DNA of 63,812 nucleotides, filler included, from Octopus bimaculoides (lineage: Eukaryota): NCBI RefSeq assembly GCF_001194135.2. It is 7 parts of 7 records of this genome, joined end to end, with 100 filler letters (N's around TTAATTAATTAA, not from the genome) between each part and the next. Parts side by side here need not be neighbours in the genome. Positions count along the whole stretch, not along the records: positions 1 to 14,730 come from NW_026379419.1; 6 more parts are not named here. One strand, 5' to 3'. The translations under genes and the position numbers were made by a program. The notes under the pieces are model-generated. The model saw only the letters and a list, made by a program, of their open reading frames with translations. It had not been told where the DNA came from and made no database searches. Within the stretch, counting starts at the first letter, position 1, and each line of letters opens with the position of its first letter. This document shows, piece after piece, positions 1 through 13,279 of this stretch.

Positions 1-521
1 ATAACACACGCATATAGACGCAATCTATTTTAATCTAATCCATTTAATTTTACATATATATATGTATGGATAAATACGTGGTTTCCTGTCTGCCTGTCTG
101 TCAGTCAATCTGTCCGCTCGACCGATGACCGCCCGACCGTTGGCTTGCCGGCTTGACTCTGTCTGTGTGTCTACGTTTGTAACTGAGAGGCTGGGAGACA
201 GACAGATTAAAAATCAATCGATATATCTTACGTACGCCTTTGCGATCGTATTATCATCGTTATTCTGTTCGTCGACATCAGAGGTTCGTAAACTCATTTA
301 GCCTATGCCTTCACCTAAAACCTCTCCTACTACAAACTTGGAATTCCCCATTCGTTGAATAGACCCGCCGCAACTCCTTCGAATATCACCACGGCCGGAG
401 CCGATCTAAGGGGGACAACCCTGTCCTACCTGAAACACGAATAAATATTTTTTCTTTACACATCTGTCCGTTGCGTACTTCTTACTCCAGCTCCAGAGAG
501 GTTATGCGTCGTCGACCATTT

Positions 522-582
522 GAGTCTGGCGTGTCGCGCATATACTGTTAAGCGCTTTATAAGTCGAAAACAATGGTCACTC
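522..582 (+). ncRNA. decayed type I hammerhead ribozyme motif
   Basis: Stem I GAGT(522-525)/ACTC(579-582), core CTGGCGT (2 mismatches to CUGANGA), C-GAAA at 565-569, ACAATG-GTC cleavage triplet. Stems II and III are imperfect. Confidence 0.35.
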
Positions 583-1293
583 TATGACCGACCTGTTTTA
601 AATAATACATGTAACTTTTACTAAATGTGTTGGGTGCCCTTTTTTCGTGCCCAGCTATACGTTAACTTGGAATATGCAGGCAATTACTTCTCTCTCGCCT
701 ACCAAATCCACTCACAGGGCTTTGGTCGGCCCGAGGCTATAGTAGAAGACAATTGCCCAAGGTGCCACGCAGTGGGACTGAACCCAGAACCATGTGGTTG
801 GTAAGCAAGCTTCTTACCACACAGCCATATATATATATATANNNNNNNNNNNNNNNNNNNNNNNNNNNNNNNNNNNNNNNNNNNNNNNNNNNNNNNNNNN
901 NNNNNNNNNNNNNNNNNNNNNNNNNNNNNNNNNNNNNNNNNNNNNNNNNNNNNNNNNNNNNNNNNNNNNNNNNNNNNNNNNNNNNNNNNNNNNNNNNNNN
1001 NNNNNNNNNNNNNNNNNNNNNNNNNNNNNNNNNNNNNNNNNNNNNNNNNNNNNNNNNNNNNNNNNNNNNNNNNNNNNNNNNNNNNNNNNNNNNNNNNNNN
1101 NNNNNNNNNNNNNNNNNNNNNNNNNNNNNNNNNNNNNNNNNNNNCATACCGAAGGACTTGGTAAAAATTATTAATTGTTAATTTATTAATAAATTAATAA
1201 ATTGATAAACCTTTACCCTTTTAATTGTGTGTATATATATATATATATATATATACACGCACACACAAATACATATGTGTGTGTGTCTGTGTG

Positions 1294-1346
<53 letters not shown>

Positions 1347-1554
1347 GTGTAACAGTATGAAGTCAGACTTCAGTATCATTGTTATTCGCCTAATTTCGCT
1401 CCAAATAATCATGACAGAAACGACAAGGAAAACAGCATAAACATGGACAATCAGAACAGCAGAGACGAAAAGAGACAAACGGTTTTCCTTTGTTCTTTAG
1501 AATCATCCGTTTTCTCTTCTCTTCGCTAATCTAATCTTTGTGCCTTCCTTGCAG

Positions 1555-1632
1555 GTCTTTACGATGACTTCGAAACATTTGTAGTGTCTTGTTGTGTGTT
1601 GGTATTCGTCAGTAATATAGCAGGATCTTTCG
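1555..1632 (+). CDS. white: white-like ABCG half-transporter, internal exon (first exon seen in the window)
   Basis: Acceptor ccttccttgcag, donor gtgagt, phase 1 at both ends. Translation (G)LYDDFETFVVSCCVLVFVSNIAGSF(G) resembles the insect white TM segment (..LVANVSTSFG). Orthology among white/scarlet paralogues is not established. Confidence 0.9.
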
Positions 1633-1710
1633 GTGAGTCTGAATTTCTCTTTTCTAATTCCCGCATCTGTGCACAGTTACATGTCAACTTGGAATATGCA
1701 TGCATTTACT

Positions 1711-1766
<56 letters not shown>

Positions 1767-1809
1767 CATGCATATATATATATTGTTTATTTTTATGTGT
1801 CTTGACCAT

Positions 1810-1870
1810 GCTATACTGATGAGTGGAAGTTGCATAATACTGCAATAACTACGAAATCATGGTCTATAGT
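1810..1870 (+). ncRNA. minimal type I hammerhead ribozyme (Penelope-like)
   Basis: Stem I GCTATA/TATAGT, CTGATGA 1816-1822, stem II GTGGAAGTTGCA-TAATAC-TGCAATAACTAC, GAAA 1853-1856, near-palindromic stem III ATCATGGT, GUC triplet with predicted cleavage after 1864. Confidence 0.8.
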
Positions 1871-1993
1871 TTAGTCTGTTTTAAGGGGCTAGCTTTGAGA
1901 GTTGCATCTCCTCGCGTTCGGTAAAAATGTGTTTATTATGGTAGTTTGACCTTAGAGTCCCTCTCAGCGTGAGGCATTCATGTATAGTAATGC

Positions 1994-2079
<86 letters not shown>

Positions 2080-2338
2080 CTATTAAATAATTCAGTAATG
2101 AAGAATATAATTCATACCCTCCAGAAAATAAATATATCATAAACACTTTATTCTAAAAATACAATAAAATACATAAAAAAAACTAGTAAATGGTATAAGA
2201 ATGACAACGCACGTTTCGTGGCTATATTTTCAAATAGGTACCTAATAAAACCAATTCGATTATTAATACTATTAATAATCAAATCGATCTTTAATTAAAT
2301 CTATTCAAAAATATAGTCACTCGTTAGGTCTAAAATAA

Positions 2339-2370
<32 letters not shown>

Positions 2371-2935
2371 TAATAATAATAATAATAAAAACAATTTACG
2401 TATTGTAACTTACAATAAATATCAAATAAATATATAAAAAATGCTTGTTTTAACAATAAACAAACAAATGCTCGAAAAACATTTAACAATATTTCTTAAA
2501 ATAAATTCATAACTTATCTTTTCGAAGAACTGCAGTTAAACTGCAATTTATTCATAAATAAATAAATAAATAAAAATATATATATATATTATATATATAT
2601 ATTCTTTTATTCTTTTACTTGTTTCACTCATTCGACTGCGACCATGCTGGAGCAGCGCCTTGAAGGGTTTTAGTCGAAAAAGATCGACCCCCCCGGGCTT
2701 ATTTTTTTAAAGCCTAGTACTTATTCTATCGGTTTCTTTTGATAAGCCGCTAATGTTACGGGGATATAAACACACCAACACTGGTTGTGAAGGATGACAG
2801 GGAGACAAACACAGACACAAAGACCCACATACATAGATTTAAAGATATTACTTAGTAATTTTACCTTGTCCTTATTCTTAGTGCCAGTTTTGAAGAGTGC
2901 CGTTCAATTCTAACAGTTATTTTTACAAAGTTATA

Positions 2936-3975
2936 ATGGAAGTCACAAAGGGGCATATTTGGCATATTTTACTTTATGAGTTCAATAAAGGCAACAGCGC
3001 AACGGAAAGTGCGAGGAATGTTAATGCAGTATATGGGGATCGGAAAATAAGCGTAATCCAGGAAGATCTTTAGAGCTCGACGAGGACATCCTGGGAAATC
3101 TGGTGGAACAAAATCCCACCGTAACTATCGAGGAACTAGCAGAAAAACTTGTATTTGGTCATTCAACCAGTCATCGACACCTGTGTGCCAGCGGAAAAGT
3201 CAGCATATTGGGTCAATGGGTTCCTCACAAACTTTCCGAGTCTAAGCGCGCACAGAGAGTGAATGTGTGCTCTTCTTTGCTGTCACGTCTCACGAATGAA
3301 CCTTTTTTTGGATCGAAGAGCGACTGGTGACGAGAAATGGGTTCTCAATAAATGTGTCAAACGCTGAAGACAATAAAGGAAAGAAGAAACACCGGCACTC
3401 CAAGCTAAAAAGGGCCTTCAGCCACGTAAGGTGTTGTTATCTGTTTGGTGGGATATGAAAAGTTTAGTCCGCTTTGAACTTTTAAACCCAAACTAAACGA
3501 TAACAAAGGAGATCTACTGCTCGCAGTTTGAGCGGCTTAAGTCAACACTAGAAGAAAAACGATCATCTTTGGTTTCAGGATGAAAAGTGTTCTTCCATCA
3601 GGATAATGCTTGGCCACATACAGCGAAGATGACATTCCAAAGGCCGAATCAGTTTGAATGGGAAACAGTGCCCCACCCACCATATTTGCCAGACATTGCC
3701 CTATCTGATTATCACTTATTCCTCGGTCTTCAAAATCATTTGGATGGAAAAAACATGAATTCTGTAGACGAGGTGAGAACAGTACTGGAGGAGTATTTTA
3801 CGTCACGCACAAGTGAATTTTGGAAGAAGGGACTTACAAGTCTACCAAATAAATGGAAGAACATTGTATAAAACGAAGGAGAGCATATTTTAGATTAAAA
3901 AAGAACTTCGTTTATCTTAATTTTGAAACATAAAAGAAGTATAAAAAACCGCATTATTTATGGGATGACCCAATA
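2936..3975 (+). mobile_element. mariner (DD34D-type) transposon relic, disrupted transposase
   Basis: MEVTKGHIWHILLYEFNKG N-terminus, WVPHKLS, TGDEKWVL, HQDNAWPH and PPYLPDIALSDYHLF motifs, broken by frameshifts and a deletion. Right TIR ..GCATTATTTATGGGATGACCCAATA followed by TA. Left TIR not seen. Confidence 0.92.
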
Positions 3976-3990
3976 TATATACACATACAT

Positions 3991-4047
<57 letters not shown>

Positions 4048-4067
4048 TATACTGAAGGAGAGGAGGA

Positions 4068-4102
<35 letters not shown>

Positions 4103-4339
4103 CAGGAGAGAAACTGACAAATTGCATGCATGTGCCAATTTTTTAGACCAATCTTGGTGAATAAAGACTAAATAGGCATATTTTGGTGCCATTAACTCAG
4201 TTAGGGTATTTAGAATTCTTGCTAGAACTTCACCAGATTCCATTATTGTAACCTTGTTTATTATGAGCCAAACCATTTTACTGGAACCTGCCAGTTTCTG
4301 CGAGCGATGATGATATTGTCAATTCTTTTTATATTTCAG

Positions 4340-4445
4340 GTTTCCTCATATCTGCCATGGCAGGAACTGTGCAGACAGCCCTTGCGTTAGCACCACCATT
4401 ACTGGCTCCCCTGATGCTGTTTGGCGGCCTTTTCCTTAACACCGG
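4340..4445 (+). CDS. white: white-like ABCG transporter, internal exon
   Basis: Acceptor tttttatatttcag, donor gtaaac. Translation (G)FLISAMAGTVQTALALAPPLLAPLMLFGGLFLNT(G) matches the white/ABCG motif GYLIS...PP...P.LLFGGFFLN. Confidence 0.95.
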
Positions 4446-4662
4446 GTAAACTATTATGACTATTGTTATTTTGGTTTGGTTTAGGTTCGGTCTTATTCCT
4501 GTTAAGAACTATGTAGATAGCAGGTGACTACCTGTAACCTTAGATATGCACAAGTTCTACCGGTCTCTTTCTTTTCTCAGAGCCACTAAGTTACGGGGGA
4601 CAAAAAAAAAAAAATTAAACCCTGTTGGCAAAAATGTTGAGAGGTACAAACACAAACACCCA

Positions 4663-4709
<47 letters not shown>

Positions 4710-4850
4710 GTGTCTCTGTATCTGTGTGTCTGTGTGTCTGTATGCATCTGTCTGTCTGTCTGTCTATATCTATCTACCTACTGAGCTGTCTGTGTATCTA
4801 TATGTTTATAGTAGATAGTGAATGTAATATATACTCGCACACACATTTAT

Positions 4851-4926
<76 letters not shown>

Positions 4927-5239
4927 CACACATGATGGGCTTTAACACAGTTTCCGTCAGCCAAACTCACTCACAACGCATTGGTCGACCCGGGAGCTAC
5001 AGCAAAAGACACTTGCCCAAGATGCCCACGGAACCTACAATCACGTAGCTGCTGCAAAGAAAAATTCTAAACGCCATAGGCACGCCTGCGCCAACATCAC
5101 ATGAGAAACATGCAAATAATGCCTTTATATATAAAATTATTCATAATACATTAAGCGCAAACTAAATAGTAAAATGAATATATAAATACGTTGATGATAT
5201 GTGTATATAATAAAAGAAATATTAACGTTTTTCTTGTAG

Positions 5240-5340
5240 GAGTATTCCTGACTATTTTATTTGGCTGAAATACATTTCCTGGTTCAGTTATTCTGTAGAA
5301 GTGATCACCGTTAACCAATGGGAAAATGTGCAGAACATCA
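5240..5340 (+). CDS. white: white-like ABCG transporter, internal exon
   Basis: Acceptor ttttcttgtag, donor gtaagt. Translation SIPDYFIWLKYISWFSYSVEVITVNQWENVQNI carries the white-family W..Y.SWF.Y..E....NQW motif. Confidence 0.95.
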
Positions 5341-5366
5341 GTAAGTGAGCCGTTGTGGGCGTCATT

Positions 5367-5368
5367 AC

Positions 5369-5412
<44 letters not shown>

Positions 5413-5450
5413 TAATAATAATAATAAATATGATGAAGGTAATAATAATG

Positions 5451-5508
<58 letters not shown>

Positions 5509-5520
5509 TAATAATAATAT
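5367..5520. repeat. (AAT)n microsatellite, representative of dozens of (AT)n, (GT)n, (ATGT)n, (TCTA)n, (CTA)n and (GAT)n tracts
   Basis: Directly visible. Most N-gaps are flanked by such tracts. Confidence 0.98.
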
Positions 5521-6255
5521 TTCGATTGTATTTCTAAGTTGATTGTGCAAGAGAAAACAAATACAGAATAAAATTCTTGTAGATATATCATGTGTATGTA
5601 TGTATATTATATATATAAATTATGCTTCCAGTTCAGCATTCTGGCTTTTTTTCATTTTCCTANNNNNNNNNNNNNNNNNNNNNNNNNNNNNNNNNNNNNN
5701 NNNNNNNNNNNNNNNNNNNNNNNNNNNNNNNNNNNNNNNNNNNNNNNNNNNNNNNNNNNNNNNNNNNNNNNNNNNNNNNNNNNNNNNNNNNNNNNNNNNN
5801 NNNNNNNNNNNNNNNNNNNNNNNNNNNNNNNNNNNNNNNNNNNNNNNNNNNNNNNNNNNNNNNNNNNNNNNNNNNNNNNNNNNNNNNNNNNNNNNNNNNN
5901 NNNNNNNNNNNNNNNNNNNNNNNNNNNNNNNNNNNNNNNNNNNNNNNNNNNNNNNNNNNNNNNNNNNNNNNNNNNNNNNNNNNNNNNNNNNNNNNNNNNN
6001 NNNNNNNNNNNNNNNNNNNNNNNNNNNNNNNNNNNNNNNNNNNNNNTATATATATATGTATGTATATAAATATATGTATATATATATATATATATTTATC
6101 GATACACATATATCTATCTGGGCATACCTGTCAATGCCGTGTATGCCATAAGGTCTACAAATCTAACGGAGGCCTCAAAAGACAGTATTTCACTGCAGCT
6201 CTTGATGGCCCAAAGCAGATATACAATTATATGGGTGTTTTTCAAAACATTGTCT

Positions 6256-6407
6256 GGTTCAAAAAGCCACATCAGACGCCATATGAGAGATCTAAGGTGT
6301 AAGTATAAGAGTTAGTCAAAGGAGCAGACAACCATTATATATATACATATACCCTTATACTTACACCTTAGATCTCTCATATGGCGTCTGATGTGGCTTT
6401 TTAAACC
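6256..6407. repeat. long inverted repeat (49-bp perfect arms, 44-nt spacer)
   Basis: 6261-6309 is the exact reverse complement of 6354-6402. Confidence 0.95.
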
Positions 6408-6511
6408 TTATGGAGATTTATACCCCGAAGTGGACCTCAGCAGAATTTGAACGCAGAACAGGAAGACAGACGAAATACTGTTTAAGCTTTTTCCTCGACG
6501 TGCTGACGATT

Positions 6512-6746
6512 CTTATTTCTTTATTGCTCACAAGGGGCTAAACATAGAGGGGACAAACAAGGACAGACAAAGGGATTAAGTCGATTACATCGGCCCCAGT
6601 GCGTAACTGGTGCTTAATTTATCGACCCCGAAAGGATGAAAGGCAAAGTCGACTTCAGTGGAATTTGAACTCAGAACGTAACGGCAGACGAAATACCGCT
6701 AAGCATTTCGCCCGGCGTGCTAAGGATTCTGCCAGCTCGCCGCCTT
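6512..6746 (-). mobile_element. SINE family B (GGCGGCGAGCTGGCAGAA head), complete copy
   Basis: Minus strand GGCGGCGAGCTGGCAGAA..GTTCTGAGTTCAAATTCC..GGGGTCGATAAATTAAG..AATAAAGAAATAAG. Related copies at about 6765-6993, 12362-12585, 12590-12806, 28630-28775, 29010-29217 (all -) and 37810-38015, 38032-38245 (+). Confidence 0.9.
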
Positions 6747-7132
6747 AGATGCAAGTAGTAGCGGTTTCTAATTTTGGCACAATGTCAGTAACTTTTTGGG
6801 AGATGGTGGGGGCGATTATGTCGATTACATCGACCCCAGAGCTCAATTGGTATTAATTTTATCGATCCCGAAAGACGGAAAGGCAAAGTCAACGTTTTGA
6901 ACTCGGACGGACAGGATGCCACTTAATGAGGCCGGACGAAATGCCACTAAGCATTTCATCCGGCGTGCTAACGATTCTGCCAGCTTACTACCTCAGCGTA
7001 TTTGATCATATCAAACACTGTTCAGGTTCATAGATACACTGGCCTAGGGTTAAGCAACAACAACAACAACAGCAACATTAATGCAACTGCCCACACAAGA
7101 ATCGTTTGTATGACGGCCATAACTGTCATGTT

Positions 7133-7211
<79 letters not shown>

Positions 7212-8882
7212 GCTTACNNNNNNNNNNNNNNNNNNNNNNNNNNNNNNNNNNNNNNNNNNNNNNNNNNNNNNNNNNNNNNNNNNNNNNNNNNNNNNNNNNN
7301 NNNNNNNNNNNNNNNNNNNNNNNNNNNNNNNNNNNNNNNNNNNNNNNNNNNNNNNNNNNNNNNNNNNNNNNNNNNNNNNNNNNNNNNNNNNNNNNNNNNN
7401 NNNNNNNNNNNNNNNNNNNNNNNNNNNNNNNNNNNNNNNNNNNNNNNNNNNNNNNNNNNNNNNNNNNNNNNNNNNNNNNNNNNNNNNNNNNNNNNNNNNN
7501 NNNNNNNNNNNNNNNNNNNNNNNNNNNNNNNNNNNNNNNNNNNNNNNNNNNNNNNNNNNNNNNNNNNNNNNNNNNNNNNNNNNNNNNNNNNNNNNNNNNN
7601 NNNNNNNNNNNNNNNNNNNNNNNNNNNNNNNNNNNNNNNNNNNNNNNNNNNNNNNNNNNNNNNNNNNNNNNNNNNNNNNNNNNNNNNNNNNNNNNNNNNN
7701 NNNNNNNNNNNNNNNNNNNNNNNNNNNNNNNNNNNNNNNNNNNNNNNNNNNNNNNNNNNNNNNNNNNNNNNNNNNNNNNNNNNNNNNNNNNNNNNNNNNN
7801 NNNNNNNNNNTATATATATATATCTGTGTGTGTGTGTGTGTGTGTCTGTGTGTGTACCCGAGTGTGTATACGCCAGTCACCTAACTTTAGCTCTACAGAG
7901 TCAACACTGTCCGTTGAAATATAAGGAAGAAGACCACTGTAAGCAATCACTAACACCAACACTACAATCAGTACCACCACCACCACCACCATCACCACCT
8001 CCACAACTGCGACCACCACTACCACCACCATCGCCACAACAGCCATCACTATCATTACAACCACCGTCAACTCCAACACAACCACCAACCAGAGAAACTA
8101 TCCTCACCAATCAGGACAAGAGAAACAGTGACAATTACGACGACAACGATAACAACGACTACAATGGCAACAGAAAAACAAAAAAACAACAGCAACAACT
8201 ACAGACAATAACAAAAGCAGTAGCAATATAAACTGAACGGATATCCGTTTCTCGTCTCGCTTGATTTCAATGTAAATATATTTCACCCAACGTCGCCATC
8301 TTATAAAGGAAAACAACAATAATTGTGACAAAGACACAACTGGCTACCATAATGTTATGACCGGCCAAGTTATAATAATGTCTTAAGATTCATTAACTAG
8401 AATCACCAATTTCATCGAATCATCTCAGCACTAAAAATAACTATTTATCTTGGAACGAGATTTCAATTGAAAAATCTATCTCTTTGCTTCTACATAACAT
8501 CACACACCCCCTCTACAGCTCGTCACACACAACTCAAAACCACACCACACCGCACCTACTATATACTCTACCGCACCCATCTCTTACTCCAACTTTTCTT
8601 TCTCGTTTTCTTTCATTCTCTCTCTCTCTCTCTCGCTTCACCTCTTTATATCTCTCGTTCTCGTTCTGTTTTGTAAAAATGTATCTGTCTTTCTCACAGG
8701 CCACAAACCCCACGCACTACGCATAATTCTCTCCCTCTAATTCGCTCTTCTATCTCTTTCAAGAAACAACCAATCTCTCACCCTACAACTATATCATAAT
8801 TCTTTCTGCCCCCCTGTTTCTCTCTCTCTCACTCTTTTAGATCTCTCCTTTCTTTTGAAAAGGTTTATCACCACAAACCCTG

Positions 8883-8950
<68 letters not shown>

Positions 8951-10191
8951 NNNNNNNNNNNNNNNNNNNNNNNNNNNNNNNNNNNNNNNNNNNNNNNNNN
9001 NNNNNNNNNNNNNNNNNNNNNNNNNNNNNNNNNNNNNNNNNNNNNNNNNNNNNNNNNNNNNNNNNNNNNNNNNNNNNNNNNNNNNNNNNNNNNNNNNNNN
9101 NNNNNNNNNNNNNNNNNNNNNNNNNNNNNNNNNNNNNNNNNNNNNNNNNNNNNNNNNNNNNNNNNNNNNNNNNNNNNNNNNNNNNNNNNNNNNNNNNNNN
9201 NNNNNNNNNNNNNNNNNNNNNNNNNNNNNNNNNNNNNNNNNNNNNNNNNNNNNNNNNNNNNNNNNNNNNNNNNNNNNNNNNNNNNNNNNNNNNNNNNNNN
9301 NNNNNNNNNNNNNNNNNNNNNNNNNNNNNNNNNNNNNNNNNNNNNNNNNNNNNNNNNNNNNNNNNTATATATATATATATATATATGCATACATACACAC
9401 ACACATAAAACACCTACATTGACAAACATCATCAATTTTAGCCGTTCTACTCTACAGAGAAAATGGCGCGACAGTTCTTCCTCAATGTCACTTGGCCTGT
9501 CTGTCAGTCTCTCTCTCTCTGTCTCCTTCTGTCTTCCTCTCTTTCTCTCGCACTCCTTTAACTATCCCTCCACCTCCTTCTTCAAACAATCAACTACCCC
9601 TAACGCCCCACTGTATTAATCTTTCTCTACTAATTCATAACCAAAATCATTAATTTATGAAAATTTCCAGAAAATATCTCGACTTGTCTCCTGGAAACAG
9701 AAACGTTTCTTTCTTCTTTTCAGGATCTTCCCACGTATGTATGTATGTATGTATGTATGTATGTATGTATGCATGTATGTATGTATGTATATATGCATGT
9801 ATGCATGCATGTATGTATTTATATATGTGTATGTGCATGTATGTATATACGTACGTACGTGTGTGTGTGTATATGTAGATATAATCGTTTATGTATAAAC
9901 ATATAAGTATATATCTATGTAAATATACATATACACATGTACACATATGTATATATATATATATATATATATAGATATATATGCATACATATATATATGT
10001 ATATTGTATACATATAGATGCATATGCAGATACATATATGATTGTATATAGGCATATATATATATATTTATGCGTGTATAAACATACAGGCATATATGTG
10101 TGCTTGTGTGTGTTTGTGTGCGTGTGTGTATAAATGCATACATACAGCTACATATATACATAGCCAACTGACGCGACACCTTTCTCACAAA

Positions 10192-10256
<65 letters not shown>

Positions 10257-10282
10257 TCGTATATAAATATCTCTCTCCCCCC

Positions 10283-10319
<37 letters not shown>

Positions 10320-10766
10320 CACGAATATCATTACGTATGTGTGTTCTTATGGACATATTTGTGTATGAAGGTACGTACATCTGTGCATGTGTGTATGTAT
10401 TCATGTATACGTGCTTGTGCCTGCGCGTGCGTGTATATATATGCATGTGTGTGTGTGTACTTCAACGTATCAAGTTCACCACCTACAATACTTTGAAGGA
10501 GAAATCTATTTACTCAGTCACCATATTTACTTAGATACGTCAAATATATNNNNNNNNNNNNNNNNNNNNNNNNNNNNNNNNNNNNNNNNNNNNNNNNNNN
10601 NNNNNNNNNNNNNNNNNNNNNNNNNNNNNNNNNNNNNNNNNNNNNNNNNNNNNNNNNNNNNNNNNNNNNNNNNNNNNNNNNNNNNNNNNNNNNNNNNNNN
10701 NNNNNNNNNNNNNNNNNNNNNNNNNNNNNNNNNNNNNNNNNNNNNNNNNNNNNNNNNNNNNNNNNN

Positions 10767-10816
<50 letters not shown>

Positions 10817-11937
10817 AATATATATGTGTTTGTGTTTGTGTGTGTTGAGAGACCCAACAATGAAATTTTGTACATTCAACCCACGCACTCATACGTCATC
10901 GCTAATCTATCACTTGAAGTACCCGGATAAGAAATTTCCATCCTTTTATTCGTTGGTTCGTGTTGCAGTCTGTTAGACCGTGGGTAAATTGATGTTGTGA
11001 AGCGTTGTTACGTCAGTTAAGCGTTTGAAGAACCTCTTCGTTTCGTTATTTAATGCCATTCAGTATGAAAACCCCATGAGGCAAGGAGGCAATGATGCTA
11101 CAGGTTCGTCCTTCAATTTGATTAGCAGCTTTCCTCTTTCCTCGTGCGTCCTCAAGTAGCTTATTGGACCAATAAGTTCCAAATATGTGAACCTCCATTG
11201 ACTTGCACGAGATTTTTAATGGCAGGTAGAATCGAGGATAGTATTTGAACGTATTCGTACACAAAGGGTGTTCAGGTTAAATTTCACAGTTTGCATAAAA
11301 GGAAAAGAAAACACAAAATCTCATCCAAAGACAAAAGTATTAAAAAAAAATTAATGACTAGATTATGGCTGCGAGATAACAGTTTATTCAAAGCAGCCAG
11401 CATCAACTTCCTCCACGACCTCAAGGCACAGGAATTATTCCGCCCATTCTTCTGGTATGCAGTGGTAAAATGGGACCAAAGCAATTGATGCAAGAGCTAC
11501 CTGGAAGAGACATAACCGTTCCACAACCTGCAGGGGCTGCATTTCTGATTTTCTTTGAGAGCTGACTCCCTTAACCCACGATTAATTAAGCAGAGTCTGT
11601 TAGACAGCAGTGAAGGAGCGTGGCTGAGTGAAATAGAAGGAAGAAAACCACTGTAACGCTTAACAACCTGTATTGGTGTGTTTACGTCCCGTAACTTTAC
11701 GATAGAATAAGTATTTAGACTAAGCTGTCGTTCATATTATCACATAACGTATTCACTGGGTTAACACAGACATGATTGTTGCATCCGCGCCAACTTGTGA
11801 ACGAAAAGCTTGAAAGAACACGAGAACTTCCCATTGCTACTTCCTGACCTATTTATTGGTTAAACATTAACACCGTGAGTTCGAATGACGTGTAAGACAT
11901 AACAATAACAAACAATTATGTATTCTCTCTTTTGCAG

Positions 11938-12008
11938 CCTGTAAAAAATACGAACCATGCAAATTCTCAACTGGCGAAGATGTTATTAAGTTTTTAAATT
12001 TTTCCGAG
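11938..12008 (+). CDS. white: white-like ABCG transporter, penultimate exon (extracellular loop)
   Basis: Acceptor tctctcttttgcag, donor gtaaac. Phase 1 start and phase 0 end bridge the flanking exons exactly. Translation (T)CKKYEPCKFSTGEDVIKFLNFSE shows the two-Cys loop and G..VI..LNF pattern of white. Confidence 0.9.
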
Positions 12009-12361
12009 GTAAACCAAGTTTTGAGTCTTGATTTGAAGAAAATTATTCCTGTTTGATATTGTGTGTATATTGGAGTGTGTGTGTGTGTGCTTGTTGGAAT
12101 GTTTACGTGTACACACACCCATACATGCCTCCTATAACATACTTGTGTATATTCAGCACATGTACCTATATAAAGTTATATAGATCTATTTATACACATT
12201 TATAAAATTATATGTATACATGTGAGTATATGTTTGTACGCAATTATATATATATTTACGCACACACACACACACATATGTATACATGTGTAGATATATG
12301 TATCTAGCTAACTCTCTCTTCCTCTCTCTCTCCATATATATTATATGTATAATGTATATAT

Positions 12362-12806
12362 ATTTATTGCGCAAAGAGTGCTAATCATAAAGGGGACAAA
12401 CAAGGACAAAAGGATTAAGTCGATTACATCGACTCCAGTGCCTAACTGGTACTTATTTAATCGACCCCGAAAGAATGAAAAGCAAAGACGACCTCGGCGG
12501 AATTTGAACTCAGAACGTAGAGACGGACGAAATACCGCTAAGCATTTCGCCCGGAGTCCTAACGATTCTGCTATCTCGCCGCCTTAAATATATTCTTTTC
12601 TACTCTAGACACAAGGGCTGACATTTTTGGGAAGGGGGCCAGTCGATTAGATCGACCATAGTACGCAACTGGTACTTAGTTTATCGACTCCGAAAGGATG
12701 AAATCAAAGTCGACCTCGGCGGAATTTGAACTCAGAACGTGGAGATGGATGAAATACTGCTAAGCATTTCGCCCAGTGTGCTAACGTTTCTGCCAGCTCG
12801 TCGTCT
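12362..12806 (-). mobile_element. tandem pair of SINE family B copies
   Basis: Two head-to-tail copies sharing GGCAAAGTCGACCTCGGCGGAATTTGAACTCAGAACG-like cores but with different tails. Confidence 0.88.
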
Positions 12807-13000
12807 CAAATACATTATATATTAAATGTTATATATACAGTATATATACAGTATATATACAGTATATATACTGGATACCATACGCGATTCAGTATGATAC
12901 AGGTAGCTAATTATTTTCTCTCCTACAAGGTTAATCTTCATGCTCTCCAACACCGTTCACTGTTCATCTATACAAAAAGGAAAAATCGTCAACTGGAACC

Positions 13001-13032
<32 letters not shown>

Positions 13033-13279
13033 AGCGCGCACGTACACACGTACGCACACACGCACACACAAATCCACGCATGCACACACACACGCCCACA
13101 CGCGCGTTTATTTGCTAATACGTTTATTTGCTAATCTTTTAACAGATTAATCCATTATTTTGTGAACATCTTAATTCATTAATCAGTTAATTTAACATGT
13201 TAAGCCGTCAACACGCTAGTTCGTCAACCCGTTAATCCGTTAAATTGTTCAAATCTTGTTTCCTTATATCTCTTCCCAG

